Shown here: positions 63,000 through 64,000 of the stretch, in pieces | Numbering within the stretch: the stretch's first letter is position 1 | Layout of the letters: every line of letters begins with the position of its first letter | Assembly: GCF_039654945.1 (NCBI RefSeq) | Contig: NW_027361688.1 | Span: forward strand, 12,896,001 to 12,960,000 | DNA from: Dendrobates tinctorius | Lineage: Eukaryota | Direction of reading: 5' to 3' | DNA length: 64,000 nt | The notes under the pieces: model-generated | Seen by the model: only the letters and a program-made list of their open reading frames with translations | Told to the model about the DNA's origin: nothing | Databases searched by the model: none | Position numbers and translations under genes: made by a program

Positions 63000-63254
63000 T
63001 AAATGATAATTATAATATTTTTCTAATCATTATTTATTTTTATTTTTTTAAACAACTTTTGTTAGACTTAAAACCAAAAAAATGGTACAAAAGTTGTTAA
63101 AGACTTAATTTTCTAGCTTTAGAACAGCACCAAATTTATTGGGGAGGAGTTTATCTTAAGAATTTGGCGCATTTTACTCCACCAGACAACTAGTATAAAG
63201 ATATTAATAACTTACCCCATCATTGTTCCTTCCCCCGCTTCGCCATACATCAAA

Positions 63255-64000
63255 TCTGGGCAAACTGCGCCCCGCGGGCCACATCCGGCCCTCTGGATGT
63301 TCCAGTCTGGCCAGCAGACCGTGACATCTGAAAACGCTGGCCCATGGGCTGCACCCTGCGGCCGCCCTCCGTGCATGCATCCGGGTTTCAACGCCATCTA
63401 CATCCTCAGGATTCAAATGGCGGTGAAACCCGGCAGTGAATATAGTGGTGGAAGAGGAAAGTTATGTGAGGGGTTCATACTGTATATAGGGGAGTTGTGT
63501 GGGGTTCATACTGTATATAGTGGAGCTGCGTGGGGTTCATACTGTATATAGGGGAGCTATTTGGGGTTCATACTGTATATAAGGAGGTTTGGTGTGGGCT
63601 TATACTATATAAAGGGGAGCTGTGTGCAGGATCATACTGTATATAGGGGAGCTGTGTGCAGGATCATACTGTATATAGGGGAGCTGTGTGGGGTTCATAC
63701 TGTATATAGGGGAGCTGTGTGGGGTTCATACTGTATATAGTGGAGCTGTGTGGGGTTCATACTGTATATAGTGGAGCTGCGTGGGGTTCATACTGTATAT
63801 AGGGGAGCTATTTGGGGTTCATACTGTATATAAGGAGGTTTGGTGTGGGCTTATACTATATAAAGGGGAGCTGTGTGCAGGATCATACTGTATATAGGGG
63901 AGCTGTGTGCAGGATCATACTGTATATAGGGGAGCTGTGTGGGGTTCATACTGTATATAGGGGAGCTGTGTGGGGTTCATACTGTATATAGGGGAGCTGT
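63255..64000. mobile_element. hAT-like MITE end followed by a 32-bp minisatellite (63465-64000, runs off the window)
   Basis: gggcaaactgcgccccgcgggccacatccggccctctgg matches 32649-32687; unit catactgtatataggggagctgtgtggggtt. Confidence 0.7.

Overview
Vertebrate genomic DNA, most likely from a frog. That is inferred from the repeat landscape (DIRS, Penelope-like elements, TTAA-MITEs, V-SINE, long minisatellites); the species cannot be fixed from sequence. The window holds the conserved syntenic block BIK(+) / MCAT(-) / TSPO(+) / TTLL12(-). The main surprise is three complete tandem TSPO genes instead of one. Copy 1 is canonical (162 aa). Copies 2 and 3 (165 and 163 aa) are intact, correctly spliced and strongly diverged, with rewritten ligand/cholesterol-pocket residues (e.g. 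W107L, L150W, and A147E in copy 3, human numbering). The TSPO introns carry deeply nested mobile elements: two near full-length DIRS1-type tyrosine-recombinase retrotransposons with ITR/ICR ends and intron-like segments in gag, an older DIRS relic, a gag-protease-only sushi/Tf1-like LTR element with a self-priming signature, solo LTRs, a young CR1, piggyBac-type TTAA elements, and Penelope-like fragments with hammerhead ribozyme cores, including a perfect 230-bp palindrome just after TSPO exon 2. A Helitron lies in an MCAT intron. There are two assembly gaps (12813-12980, 40149-40322). Most long ORFs in the supplied track are minisatellite artefacts. All alignments and counts were done by hand.
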